Positions 29,547 through 37,109 of a stretch of DNA of 43,850 nucleotides are shown in pieces (positions within the stretch are counted from its first letter, which is position 1; each line of letters opens with the position of its first letter). Below the pieces are notes generated by a model. That model ran no database searches. It was not told where the DNA came from and saw only the letters and a list, made by a program, of their open reading frames with translations. The position numbers were made by a program, and so were the translations under genes. Location: NCBI GenBank assembly GCA_013044025.1, contig JABEVD010000225.1, positions 1 through 43,850 on the forward strand. Reading direction: 5' to 3'. Source of the stretch: Burkholderiales bacterium (GTDB lineage: Bacteria; Pseudomonadota; Gammaproteobacteria; Burkholderiales; JABEVD01).

Positions 29547-31052
29547 TCAGAAAGCCCGCAACTCCCCTCCGTCGATGTCGAGGGAATGCCGCCAGAACTG
29601 GTCATCCCGATCGAAAAGGCGGTAAGTACCGCGGGGTCCCCAGGTTCCTGCAGGGTAGGTGTTGATGAATTCGCGCTCCATCGACCACACTTTGAGGATC
29701 GGATCCACCGTCTTCCATGCCCATTCCACCTCATCGTAGCGCAAAAACAGTGAATGGTCTCCATTCATCACGTCGAGCAGCAATCCCTCGTAGGCGTCGT
29801 AATCCTGATCGTCCCCCTTCCGGTAGGTCGCATCGAGGCTGATGGTCCTGGTATGGAGATCGAGCCCGGGCACTTTCACCTGCACTTCCATCCTGAGGCA
29901 ATCGCTCGGCTGGATGCCGAGCAGAATCCAGTTGGGTTTGGGAGGCTCGCGCCTGGTCTGGCGCAGCAGGTCCTGAGGAGGGGCCTTGAAGCGCACGCAG
30001 ATCGCAGAACTGTTCTCGGCAAGACGCTTTCCGGTCCTGAGATAGAAGGGAACCCCCATCCAGCGCCAGTTGTCGACGAAAAGCTTCAATGCGGCATAGG
30101 TTTCGGTGGTGCTTCCCGGCGCCACCCCGGGCTCTTCCAGATATCCCGGGACCGCCTTGCCGTCCATGATGCCGCCCTCGTACTGCCCCCTGAAGGCGTG
30201 CGCATGCACCGCATTTTGCGGAATGGGACGGATCGCCTTCAATACCTTCACCTTTTCGTCCCGGAGATGCTCGGCGGAAATCGAGACCGGCGGTTCCATG
30301 GCGACGATGGTGAGGAGTTGCAGCAGATGGCTCTGGATCATGTCCCGGAGCGCGCCCGCCCCTTCGTAGTAGTCCGCCCTTCCCTCGATGCCCAGCGTCT
30401 CCGAATGGGTGATCTGCACATGATCGATGTAATGGCGGTTCCACATCGGCTCGAGCAGCAGATTGGCGAAGCGGAACACCATCACGTTCTGCACCGTTCC
30501 CTTGCCGAGATAGTGGTCGATGCGGTAGATCTGCGGCTCTTCCAGGTATTTCGAAAGGTGCTTCTGCAAGGTCTGCGCGCTCAGGAGGTCGTATCCGAAA
30601 GGCTTCTCGATGACGACCCTTCTCCATCCCGCCTTCTGGCTCAGAAGATCGACATGGGCGAGCTTCTCGATGAGATTGGGAAACTCGGATGGGCGGACCG
30701 CCATGTAGAAAACGATATTGGAAGGAAATTCTGGAGCCTCTTCCAGCCTTTTCTTCAGCTTGTGGTAGGCTTCCGGATCGTCCAGGCTGCTCCTGTGATA
30801 ATGGAGCCTCGTCCTGAAGCGTTCGAAAGCAGCCTCGTCCAGCCCGTTCGGATACTTGGCAACCAGCATCTTCGATACTTCTTCCAGCCAGGCTTCCCGA
30901 TCCCAGTCGTCCAGACTGGAGGCGAGGATGGACATCTTTTCCGGGAGCCGGCCTGATCTTTCCAGCTGAAAAAGGGCGGGGATCAGCTTTTTCCTGGAGA
31001 GATTTCCTCCCGCCCCGAAAATGACCAGCGTACAGGGTTCCGTGTTCTTCAA
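29547..31052 (-). CDS. zwf: Glucose-6-phosphate 1-dehydrogenase
   Basis: LVIFGAGGNLSRKKLIPALF (NADP site), RIDHYLGK (active-site signature), and the conserved segment ETLGIEGRADYYEGAGALRDMIQSHLLQLL. I infer a TTG start at 31052, preceded by an AAGGAG SD and overlapping the gnd stop (ATTGA). The 644-aa ORF-track entry runs on into gnd out of frame. Confidence 0.92.
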   Translation of the reverse strand: MKNTEPCTLVIFGAGGNLSRKKLIPALFQLERSGRLPEKMSILASSLDDWDREAWLEEVSKMLVAKYPNGLDEAAFERFRTRLHYHRSSLDDPEAYHKLKKRLEEAPEFPSNIVFYMAVRPSEFPNLIEKLAHVDLLSQKAGWRRVVIEKPFGYDLLSAQTLQKHLSKYLEEPQIYRIDHYLGKGTVQNVMVFRFANLLLEPMWNRHYIDHVQITHSETLGIEGRADYYEGAGALRDMIQSHLLQLLTIVAMEPPVSISAEHLRDEKVKVLKAIRPIPQNAVHAHAFRGQYEGGIMDGKAVPGYLEEPGVAPGSTTETYAALKLFVDNWRWMGVPFYLRTGKRLAENSSAICVRFKAPPQDLLRQTRREPPKPNWILLGIQPSDCLRMEVQVKVPGLDLHTRTISLDATYRKGDDQDYDAYEGLLLDVMNGDHSLFLRYDEVEWAWKTVDPILKVWSMEREFINTYPAGTWGPRGTYRLFDRDDQFWRHSLDIDGGELRAF

Positions 31053-31957
31053 TTCTTCTCCTTCATGGCATGTCCGCCGAAAGCATTCCTCATCATGGAA
31101 AGCAGCCTGAATCCGTATCCTTCCGCGTCCTGGCTCTGGAAGCGCATCTGCAAAGCGAGCGAAAGAACCGGGGCTGCGACGCCGAGCTCCACCGATTCGA
31201 CCACCGTCCATCTGCCCTCCCCCGAATCGGAAACATAGGGGGCGATGTTTTCCAGCCTGCTGTCGGCCTTCAGTCCTTCGGCAGCCAGATCGAGCAGCCA
31301 GCTTCTCACCACCGAGGAATGCCGCCACAATTCGCTGATCTGCGCCAGATCCAGATCGAATTCCTTTTTCGCCTCCATGATGGAAAAGCCTTCCGCGAAG
31401 GCCTGCATCATGCCGTATTCGATGCCGTTGTGTACCATCTTGACGAAATGCCCGGAGCCGACCGGCCCGACATGCGCCCATCCCGCATCCCTTGAAGGCG
31501 CCAGCACTTTCAGTACCGGTTCGACAATCGAAGCGACTTGCGGTTCCGCACCCACCATCATGCAGTAACCGTTTTCGAGCCCCCAGACTCCGCCCGAAGT
31601 GCCCGCATCCATGAAGCCGATGCCCTTTTCTGCGAGCATCGCGCCGCGCCGCATGCTTTCGCGGTAATTGGAATTTCCGCCGTCGATGACGATGTCTCCT
31701 GCGGAAAGGAGCCCGGAAAGCCCGGAAATCTGGTTTTCCGTGATCTCTCCGCTCGGCAGCATGATCCAGACCACTTTCGGCGAATCGAGCTTCGATACCG
31801 CATCTTCGACCGAATCCGCTGCGATCATTCCTTCACCCGCCAGGGAATCCACCACCTCCTTCGAGCGGTCGAACCCCACCACCCCGATTCCGCCACGGAG
31901 CAGCCTTCTTGCCATGTTGCCGCCCATCTTCCCGAGTCCTATCATCGCGATCTTCAT
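31049..31957 (-). CDS. gnd: 6-phosphogluconate dehydrogenase, decarboxylating (short ~300-aa form)
   Basis: MKIAMIGLGKMGGNMARRLL (Rossmann fold), IDGGNSNYRES, GTSGGVWGLENGYCMMVGA, HFVKMVHNGIEYGMMQA. Confidence 0.9.
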   Translation of the reverse strand: MKIAMIGLGKMGGNMARRLLRGGIGVVGFDRSKEVVDSLAGEGMIAADSVEDAVSKLDSPKVVWIMLPSGEITENQISGLSGLLSAGDIVIDGGNSNYRESMRRGAMLAEKGIGFMDAGTSGGVWGLENGYCMMVGAEPQVASIVEPVLKVLAPSRDAGWAHVGPVGSGHFVKMVHNGIEYGMMQAFAEGFSIMEAKKEFDLDLAQISELWRHSSVVRSWLLDLAAEGLKADSRLENIAPYVSDSGEGRWTVVESVELGVAAPVLSLALQMRFQSQDAEGYGFRLLSMMRNAFGGHAMKEKN

Positions 31958-32035
31958 GCCGAGCCTCCTCTTGATTGGTGCGGGCTAGTTTATGTTATAG
32001 TCGCTCGGTCGTAAACCGGACCCGGATAAAGGCAA

Positions 32036-32704
32036 ATGACGCGCTGGCATCAATTCGAATCGGAAGAATCCATGAATGCCGAGGTCGGGAAGCGGATCCT
32101 TGCGATCGAGGAAAACGCCATTGCGGAAAGAGGCATTTTCAGGATCGTTCTGGCGGGAGGATCCACCCCTCGCGCCCTCTACCTGCGCCTTGCGCAAGGG
32201 AACAGCAACTGGGATCGATGGCAGGTCTATTTCGGAGACGAGCGCTGCCTGCCAAGGGATCATCCGTATAGAAACAGCAAAATGGCGCTCGATTCCTGGC
32301 TCTCCCGCGTATCCATCCCCGAATCGAACCTCCACATCATCCCGGCTGAACTCGGCCCTGTCGAAGGCGCTGCCGCCTATTCGAAACTCCTCGAAAATGT
32401 CCCGGAATTCGATCTGGTGCTGCTCGGACTGGGGGAAGACGGCCATACCGCGAGCCTTTTTCCGGGAAATGTCCATGACGGTGAAGATGCGATTGCCGTC
32501 CTGAATGCGCCGAAAGCGCCTGCATCGAGGATCTCTCTCGGGGCATCGAGGCTCGCGAAAACCAGAAACCTTTTCTTTCTCGTCGCAGGCGAATCCAAGC
32601 GCAATGCGGTTTCCGACTGGCGAAGCGGAAAACCGATTCCTGCAGCGAAAGTCGATCCCTCCTGCGGCGCAGACGTTTTCATCCAATCCAACCTCATGAG
32701 CTGA
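32036..32704 (+). CDS. pgl: 6-phosphogluconolactonase
   Basis: IVLAGGSTPRALY...VYFGDERCLPRDHPYRNS...DLVLLGLGEDGHTASLFPG. Divergent from gnd-zwf. Confidence 0.88.
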   Translation: MTRWHQFESEESMNAEVGKRILAIEENAIAERGIFRIVLAGGSTPRALYLRLAQGNSNWDRWQVYFGDERCLPRDHPYRNSKMALDSWLSRVSIPESNLHIIPAELGPVEGAAAYSKLLENVPEFDLVLLGLGEDGHTASLFPGNVHDGEDAIAVLNAPKAPASRISLGASRLAKTRNLFFLVAGESKRNAVSDWRSGKPIPAAKVDPSCGADVFIQSNLMS

Positions 32705-32706
32705 AA

Positions 32707-33075
32707 ATGGAATCACCTTACAAGGGAAAAACCGGCCTGAAAAGACTCTGGAACGCATTCCATTATTCCCTGGATGGATTCTCGGCCGCATTCAGGAACG
32801 AGGATGCATTCCGCCAGGAAGTGTTCCTCGCCATCGCGCTGATTCCGACCGCGCTGCTGCTGCATCTTTCCGGATTCGAAAAGGCGCTGCTCGTCTTCAG
32901 CGTGCTGCTCGTGCTCATCGTCGAACTGCTCAATTCGGGTATCGAGGCGACCGTCGACAGGATCTCCCTGGAAAACCATCATCTCGCGAAAAGGGCCAAG
33001 GACATCGGCAGCGCCGCGGTTTTCGCAAGCCTCGTCAACGTCGCGGCCACCTGGCTGCTGGTGATTTTCGGCTGA
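32707..33075 (+). CDS. dgkA: Diacylglycerol kinase (DgkA, prokaryotic membrane type)
   Basis: 122 aa, GLKRLWNAFHYSLDGFSAAFRNEDAFRQE...IVELLNSGIEATVDRIS...AKDIGSAAV. Confidence 0.9.
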   Translation: MESPYKGKTGLKRLWNAFHYSLDGFSAAFRNEDAFRQEVFLAIALIPTALLLHLSGFEKALLVFSVLLVLIVELLNSGIEATVDRISLENHHLAKRAKDIGSAAVFASLVNVAATWLLVIFG

Positions 33076-33139
33076 CTGTCACGAAACGGTCAATTTAACT
33101 TCACGAATTTTTCTTGTTGGTGATTCAGCATGTGTTTCC

Positions 33140-34279
33140 ATGGAAAACACATCGCTCAGGATCTCAGTGGTCACGGAAACCTACCCGCCCGAAATCAACG
33201 GGGTGGCGCTCACGGTCGAGCGGGTGGTGCATGGCCTGCAGAAAAATCACAGCGTCCAGCTCGTCAGGGTGAGGCAGGATGAAAAGGATCTGCCGCAGAA
33301 CGGGCAAATCGAGGAAATCCTGAGGGAAGGATTCCCGATTCCCAATTACGACGGATTGAAAATGGGACTCCCCGGCGGCGCAGCGCTCGAGAAATCCTGG
33401 AAGATCCGCCGTCCGGACATCGTGCACATATCCACGGAAGGGCCGCTCGGATGGTCCGCGCTCAGGACCGCAAGGCGCCTCGGCATCCCGGTCTCCACCG
33501 AATTCCACACCAATTTTCACAACTACAGCAGGCATTACGGGGTTGGCTGGCTGAAGGGGCCGATCACGGGATACCTGAGACATTTCCACAACCGCGCCAA
33601 TTGCACCATCGTTTCCACCGAAAAGATGGCGCAATCCCTGGAAGGGATCGGCATCAAAAATCTCGAGATCGTCGAGCGGGGCGTGGACGCGAAGCGCTTC
33701 CACCCCGCGAAAAGAAGCGCGGAACTCCGCAGGAAATGGGGCGCGGGACTCGCCCAGCCGGTGGCGATCCATGTCGGCAGGCTTGCCCCGGAAAAGAACC
33801 TCGATCTTCTGGTGCAGACCGTGGAAAGGATGCGCGCGGCACAGCCCGCCCTCAAATTCGTGATGGTGGGAGACGGTCCGGAAAGAAAAAGGCTCGAATC
33901 TTCCCACCCTGAATATGTCTTCACCGGCATGCTGACCGGGGAAGAACTCGCGATCCATTATGCATCTGCAGACATCTTCCTTTTTCCCAGCCTCACCGAA
34001 ACCTTCGGCAACGTGGTCGTCGAAGCCATGGCAAGCGGGCTCGCCGTGGTTGCTTTCGATTATGCAGCCGCATCCCGGCATGCAAGGCATGGCGACAGCG
34101 GATTGCTCGCGCCGCCCGGAAGCAGCTCGGAATTCATGAGGATCGCAGTTGAACTCGCCAACGAGCCCAATCTGATCGCGGATCTCGGCAAGAAGGCGAG
34201 AATGGTGGTCGAATCCCTCGATCTGGAAATCGTGAATCGCCGGTTCGAGGAGGTATTGTTCAAAGTCATGGGGAGGTGA
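33140..34279 (+). CDS. GT4 (group 1, GT-B) glycosyltransferase
   Basis: ISVVTETYPPEINGVALTV N-terminus and a C-terminal E-x7-E motif (FPSLTETFGNVVVEAMASG). Confidence 0.85.
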   Translation: MENTSLRISVVTETYPPEINGVALTVERVVHGLQKNHSVQLVRVRQDEKDLPQNGQIEEILREGFPIPNYDGLKMGLPGGAALEKSWKIRRPDIVHISTEGPLGWSALRTARRLGIPVSTEFHTNFHNYSRHYGVGWLKGPITGYLRHFHNRANCTIVSTEKMAQSLEGIGIKNLEIVERGVDAKRFHPAKRSAELRRKWGAGLAQPVAIHVGRLAPEKNLDLLVQTVERMRAAQPALKFVMVGDGPERKRLESSHPEYVFTGMLTGEELAIHYASADIFLFPSLTETFGNVVVEAMASGLAVVAFDYAAASRHARHGDSGLLAPPGSSSEFMRIAVELANEPNLIADLGKKARMVVESLDLEIVNRRFEEVLFKVMGR

Positions 34280-34281
34280 TC

Positions 34282-34788
34282 ATGTACAGGCACATCAGTC
34301 ATCTGGATTTGTCGCTCTGCATCCGGTTCAACCATATCAGCCAGTACCGATGGATCCGCAGCCTGTTCCGGGCGGTGAGCCGGCTGGGAGACGGCATCTT
34401 CTGGTATGTGCTGATGATCGCGCTGCTCGCATTCGAAGGCGTGCAGGCCGTGATTCCGGTGGTGCACATGCTGCTGGCAGGAGGCGCCTCCACCCTGGTC
34501 TACAAGTGGCTGAAGAAAAAGACTTCCAGACCCAGACCCTACCAGGTGAACCCGGACATCGCATGCATCGCCGCACCGCTCGACCGTTTCAGCTTCCCTT
34601 CCGGGCACACCCTGCATGCGGTCGCATTCAGCACGGTCGCAACGGCCTATTATCCGGAACTCGCCTGGATCGTCCTTCCCTTCACCTTCCTCGTTGCCAT
34701 TTCGAGAATGGTGCTCGGACTGCATTACCCGAGCGACGTCCTGGCCGGCGCTGCGATCGGCTACTTCATCGCCAGGATTTCGTTCTGA
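34282..34788 (+). CDS. PAP2-family phosphatase (membrane)
   Basis: The tripartite PAP2 motif is present: KKKTSRPRP, PSGH, SRMVLGLHYPSD. A GGGAGG SD precedes ATG 34282. GTG 34276 would overlap the GT4 stop. Confidence 0.85.
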   Translation: MYRHISHLDLSLCIRFNHISQYRWIRSLFRAVSRLGDGIFWYVLMIALLAFEGVQAVIPVVHMLLAGGASTLVYKWLKKKTSRPRPYQVNPDIACIAAPLDRFSFPSGHTLHAVAFSTVATAYYPELAWIVLPFTFLVAISRMVLGLHYPSDVLAGAAIGYFIARISF

Positions 34789-34818
34789 TTCTGGAAAATC
34801 CGGCCGCCGATTGCTAGA

Positions 34819-35004
34819 ATGGTTCTCAAGGAGATGGATTTCAGATTCCGGGAGCCTTGCCGTCAATGCAGGGGCAGGGAATTCTCCAGGATTCGGCGCA
34901 GAATCTGGATGCGTCTCCTGCCGTGGAGTAAAAGCCTGCGCTGCAATCGATGCGCTGCCCGCCACATCGAACTGTTTGGCTGCATCCTGCTGAAAAGAAA
35001 ATAG
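34819..35004 (+). CDS. Small CxxC...CxxC zinc-ribbon protein (61 aa), paralog A
   Basis: CRQC-x24-CNRC. It gives a gap-free alignment, about 16/45 identical, to the C-terminus of the next ORF (R..R, WMR, P.S.SL.C..C..R). No clear SD; the start could be ATG 34819 or 34834. Confidence 0.45.
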   Translation: MVLKEMDFRFREPCRQCRGREFSRIRRRIWMRLLPWSKSLRCNRCAARHIELFGCILLKRK

Positions 35005-35039
35005 GCTTCTTCCCGCTTGCTTCGATCCGCCAAGGAAAA

Positions 35040-35387
35040 ATGGGTACCGCATACACACAGGATCCGGAAATTCAGGAAATACGGATCGAAAATCTTCCGA
35101 GACAGCACAAGCATTCGATCTGCTTCCGCGCTTTCGTGTCCGCGTATTCGAAAATTTTCGGCAACCCGAGCCACGAAGCCATCCGCAATACCGGGGAATG
35201 TTCCTCCGCACGCTACACGATTTCGATCGGCACCAGAAATCTCTGTCCGAAGTGCCTGAACGGCATGCTGACGAGGGACAAGCGGGCAAGATGGATGCGC
35301 AACATTCCATTCAGCCGCAGCCTTTGCTGCAGGAACTGCTCCTCCCGATTCCTCAGGATCCTGAACTTATTCCTGGTCTGGCTATAA
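35040..35387 (+). CDS. Zinc-ribbon protein (115 aa), paralog B with an N-terminal extension
   Basis: CPKC-x24-CRNC module homologous to paralog A. Third-codon positions are GC-biased like neighbouring genes. An AAGGA SD lies upstream. Its 3' end overlaps the convergent PLC-like gene by 6 nt. Confidence 0.5.
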   Translation: MGTAYTQDPEIQEIRIENLPRQHKHSICFRAFVSAYSKIFGNPSHEAIRNTGECSSARYTISIGTRNLCPKCLNGMLTRDKRARWMRNIPFSRSLCCRNCSSRFLRILNLFLVWL

Positions 35388-36254
35388 AGGATCCGCAACG
35401 AACAGGTTTCTGGGCAGCGGGATCCGGTACTGCAGCACCTTGCGCTCGAATCCTTCCATCCTTTCCCGGGTGAGCCTGGCGAGGTCCCTGCAATGGAGCT
35501 CGGCATTCCAGGCGGGCGCCTCCCCTTCCCGGATCCGGTTCACCTGTTCCATTCTGGCCGAAGTTTCCTTGAGGTAATAATTGAAGCCGATCCGGATCTT
35601 CGGATCGAGCCGCAGCGCGCCCAGATAACAGATCCGGTTGACCCTGGCGAGTCGCAATGCCCTCACCCCGTTGGCAAGATATTCGAGGGAGCGGGAAGCG
35701 GCTTCCTCGCTTTCGCCAAACACCCTTGCCGCATACCCTGAAAGGGTTTTCCGATGCCGCCTCATCAGGATATCGGGATGCTGGAAGAGATGGGAAGAGA
35801 CATGTTCGTCCATCGCCCATTCCCAGAATGCATGGGAATACATCCCGCAATCGCGCCACATCGTCTCGTGAGCGGGAACGAAGTGGTTGTGGGCGATGAT
35901 GTCCACGAAAAGATGGCTGCAATATCCGAGCGCAATCGATCTTTCCTGGTCGGAATCGGCCATGTCGAGCATGTTTCTCGCCGCTTCCCAGTGATGGGTA
36001 TCGTCGAATCCCCGGGTTCCGGAGCGCCTGCCGAACAGGGAAAGATCGGGAAGAAATGCGCCTGCGACCAGCAGTTCCGGAAACTTCCGGATCGCATTGC
36101 GGAATTTCGGATCGGTGACCGGGATTCCCCAGAGCAGCAGTTGCGCGAAATAGGCATGGGTGAAAATTCCCCAGGCGCAGGCATCCTTGCTGTAGAAAAA
36201 GAGCGGGATGAACCAGCTTACGTGGAAATAGTATCTCGACCAGTTTCTGAACAT
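35382..36254 (-). CDS. Secreted zinc-dependent phospholipase C / P1-nuclease-fold protein (putative)
   Basis: A signal-like N-terminus ends ...SKDACA, followed by WGIFTHAYFA. Cleavage there would make Trp residue 1, as in clostridial alpha-toxin and P1 nuclease. Further His/Asp clusters are present (FDDTHHWE, CSHLFVDIIAHNHF). Confidence 0.6.
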   Translation of the reverse strand: MFRNWSRYYFHVSWFIPLFFYSKDACAWGIFTHAYFAQLLLWGIPVTDPKFRNAIRKFPELLVAGAFLPDLSLFGRRSGTRGFDDTHHWEAARNMLDMADSDQERSIALGYCSHLFVDIIAHNHFVPAHETMWRDCGMYSHAFWEWAMDEHVSSHLFQHPDILMRRHRKTLSGYAARVFGESEEAASRSLEYLANGVRALRLARVNRICYLGALRLDPKIRIGFNYYLKETSARMEQVNRIREGEAPAWNAELHCRDLARLTRERMEGFERKVLQYRIPLPRNLFVADPL

Positions 36255-36320
36255 GGCGCAATCCCCTTTCAGGGAAACTATGCGCCAGCAATGCAATGAT
36301 TTCGTGACAGGAGAATGATG

Positions 36321-37109
36321 CTATTGTGACATGATCATCAGCCTGTTGTCGGTATACCGGTTCATTTTCCTGAATCCGTCCAGGAACAGCAGAAAATCCA
36401 GATCGTATCTTGCGGTGAGTTCCCGCGCATCTTCCCTGAGATTTTTCCAGGAAGGATTCCCGTCGAACTGTTTGAAGCCGAAAACGATGATGTTGCCGTG
36501 CTTCTCGGTGGGCAGGCAGAGCGTGAGCCCTTCGAAAGCTTCCTCGATCCTGGAAAGATAGGTGGAAAAATTGCTGTCGCTTCCCCACAGGTTGACGACC
36601 GCGATGCCGTGCGGTTTCAGCGCATTGCGCATCTCCCGGTAAAATGAGGTCCTGGTGATCGCATCGGGCTGCGCCCGCCCGTCGTAGGCGTCGAGCAGGA
36701 GAATGTCCGCGCAGGCGCTCCTTCCCGGAAGGTAGGCCGCGCCGTCGTCGATCAAGACGGAAAGCCGCTCGTCGTCTTCCGGAAGCTGGAACATCGAGCG
36801 CGCCACCCCGACCATCCGCGGATTGATTTCGACGACGACGGTTTTCGCATTCGGCAGATTCGCATGCACGAACTTGGCGAGAGATCCCCCGCCGAGGCCG
36901 ATCATCAGGATTTCCTCCGGATCCGGATGAAACAGCAGAAAGGCCATCATCGCCCGGGTATAGGCGAGTTCCAGCGCATCCGGCTTCGAGAGCCGCATCG
37001 CGCTCTGGATCGCCGGAGTGCCGAGATGCAGCGTCCTCACGCCCGAGGATTCGCTGACATCGATTTCATCCTCCTGCACGGAACGGAATATTTTTCTACC
37101 AAAACGCAT
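36321..37109 (-). CDS. Spermidine-synthase-like protein (class I SAM-dependent transferase fold)
   Basis: ILMIGLGGGSLAKF, VVVEINPRMV, ADILLLDAYDG. Its ATG directly abuts the ampG stop (TGA then ATG with 0 nt between). Confidence 0.75.
   Translation of the reverse strand: MRFGRKIFRSVQEDEIDVSESSGVRTLHLGTPAIQSAMRLSKPDALELAYTRAMMAFLLFHPDPEEILMIGLGGGSLAKFVHANLPNAKTVVVEINPRMVGVARSMFQLPEDDERLSVLIDDGAAYLPGRSACADILLLDAYDGRAQPDAITRTSFYREMRNALKPHGIAVVNLWGSDSNFSTYLSRIEEAFEGLTLCLPTEKHGNIIVFGFKQFDGNPSWKNLREDARELTARYDLDFLLFLDGFRKMNRYTDNRLMIMSQ

Noticed and set aside
34841-35174. Minus-strand ORFs (71 aa and 103 aa) in the PAP2/PLC-like gap.
   Set aside because: They have no motifs. The plus-strand ORFs in the same DNA are supported by internal paralogy (a shared zinc-ribbon module), so the plus strand is the better coding assignment.
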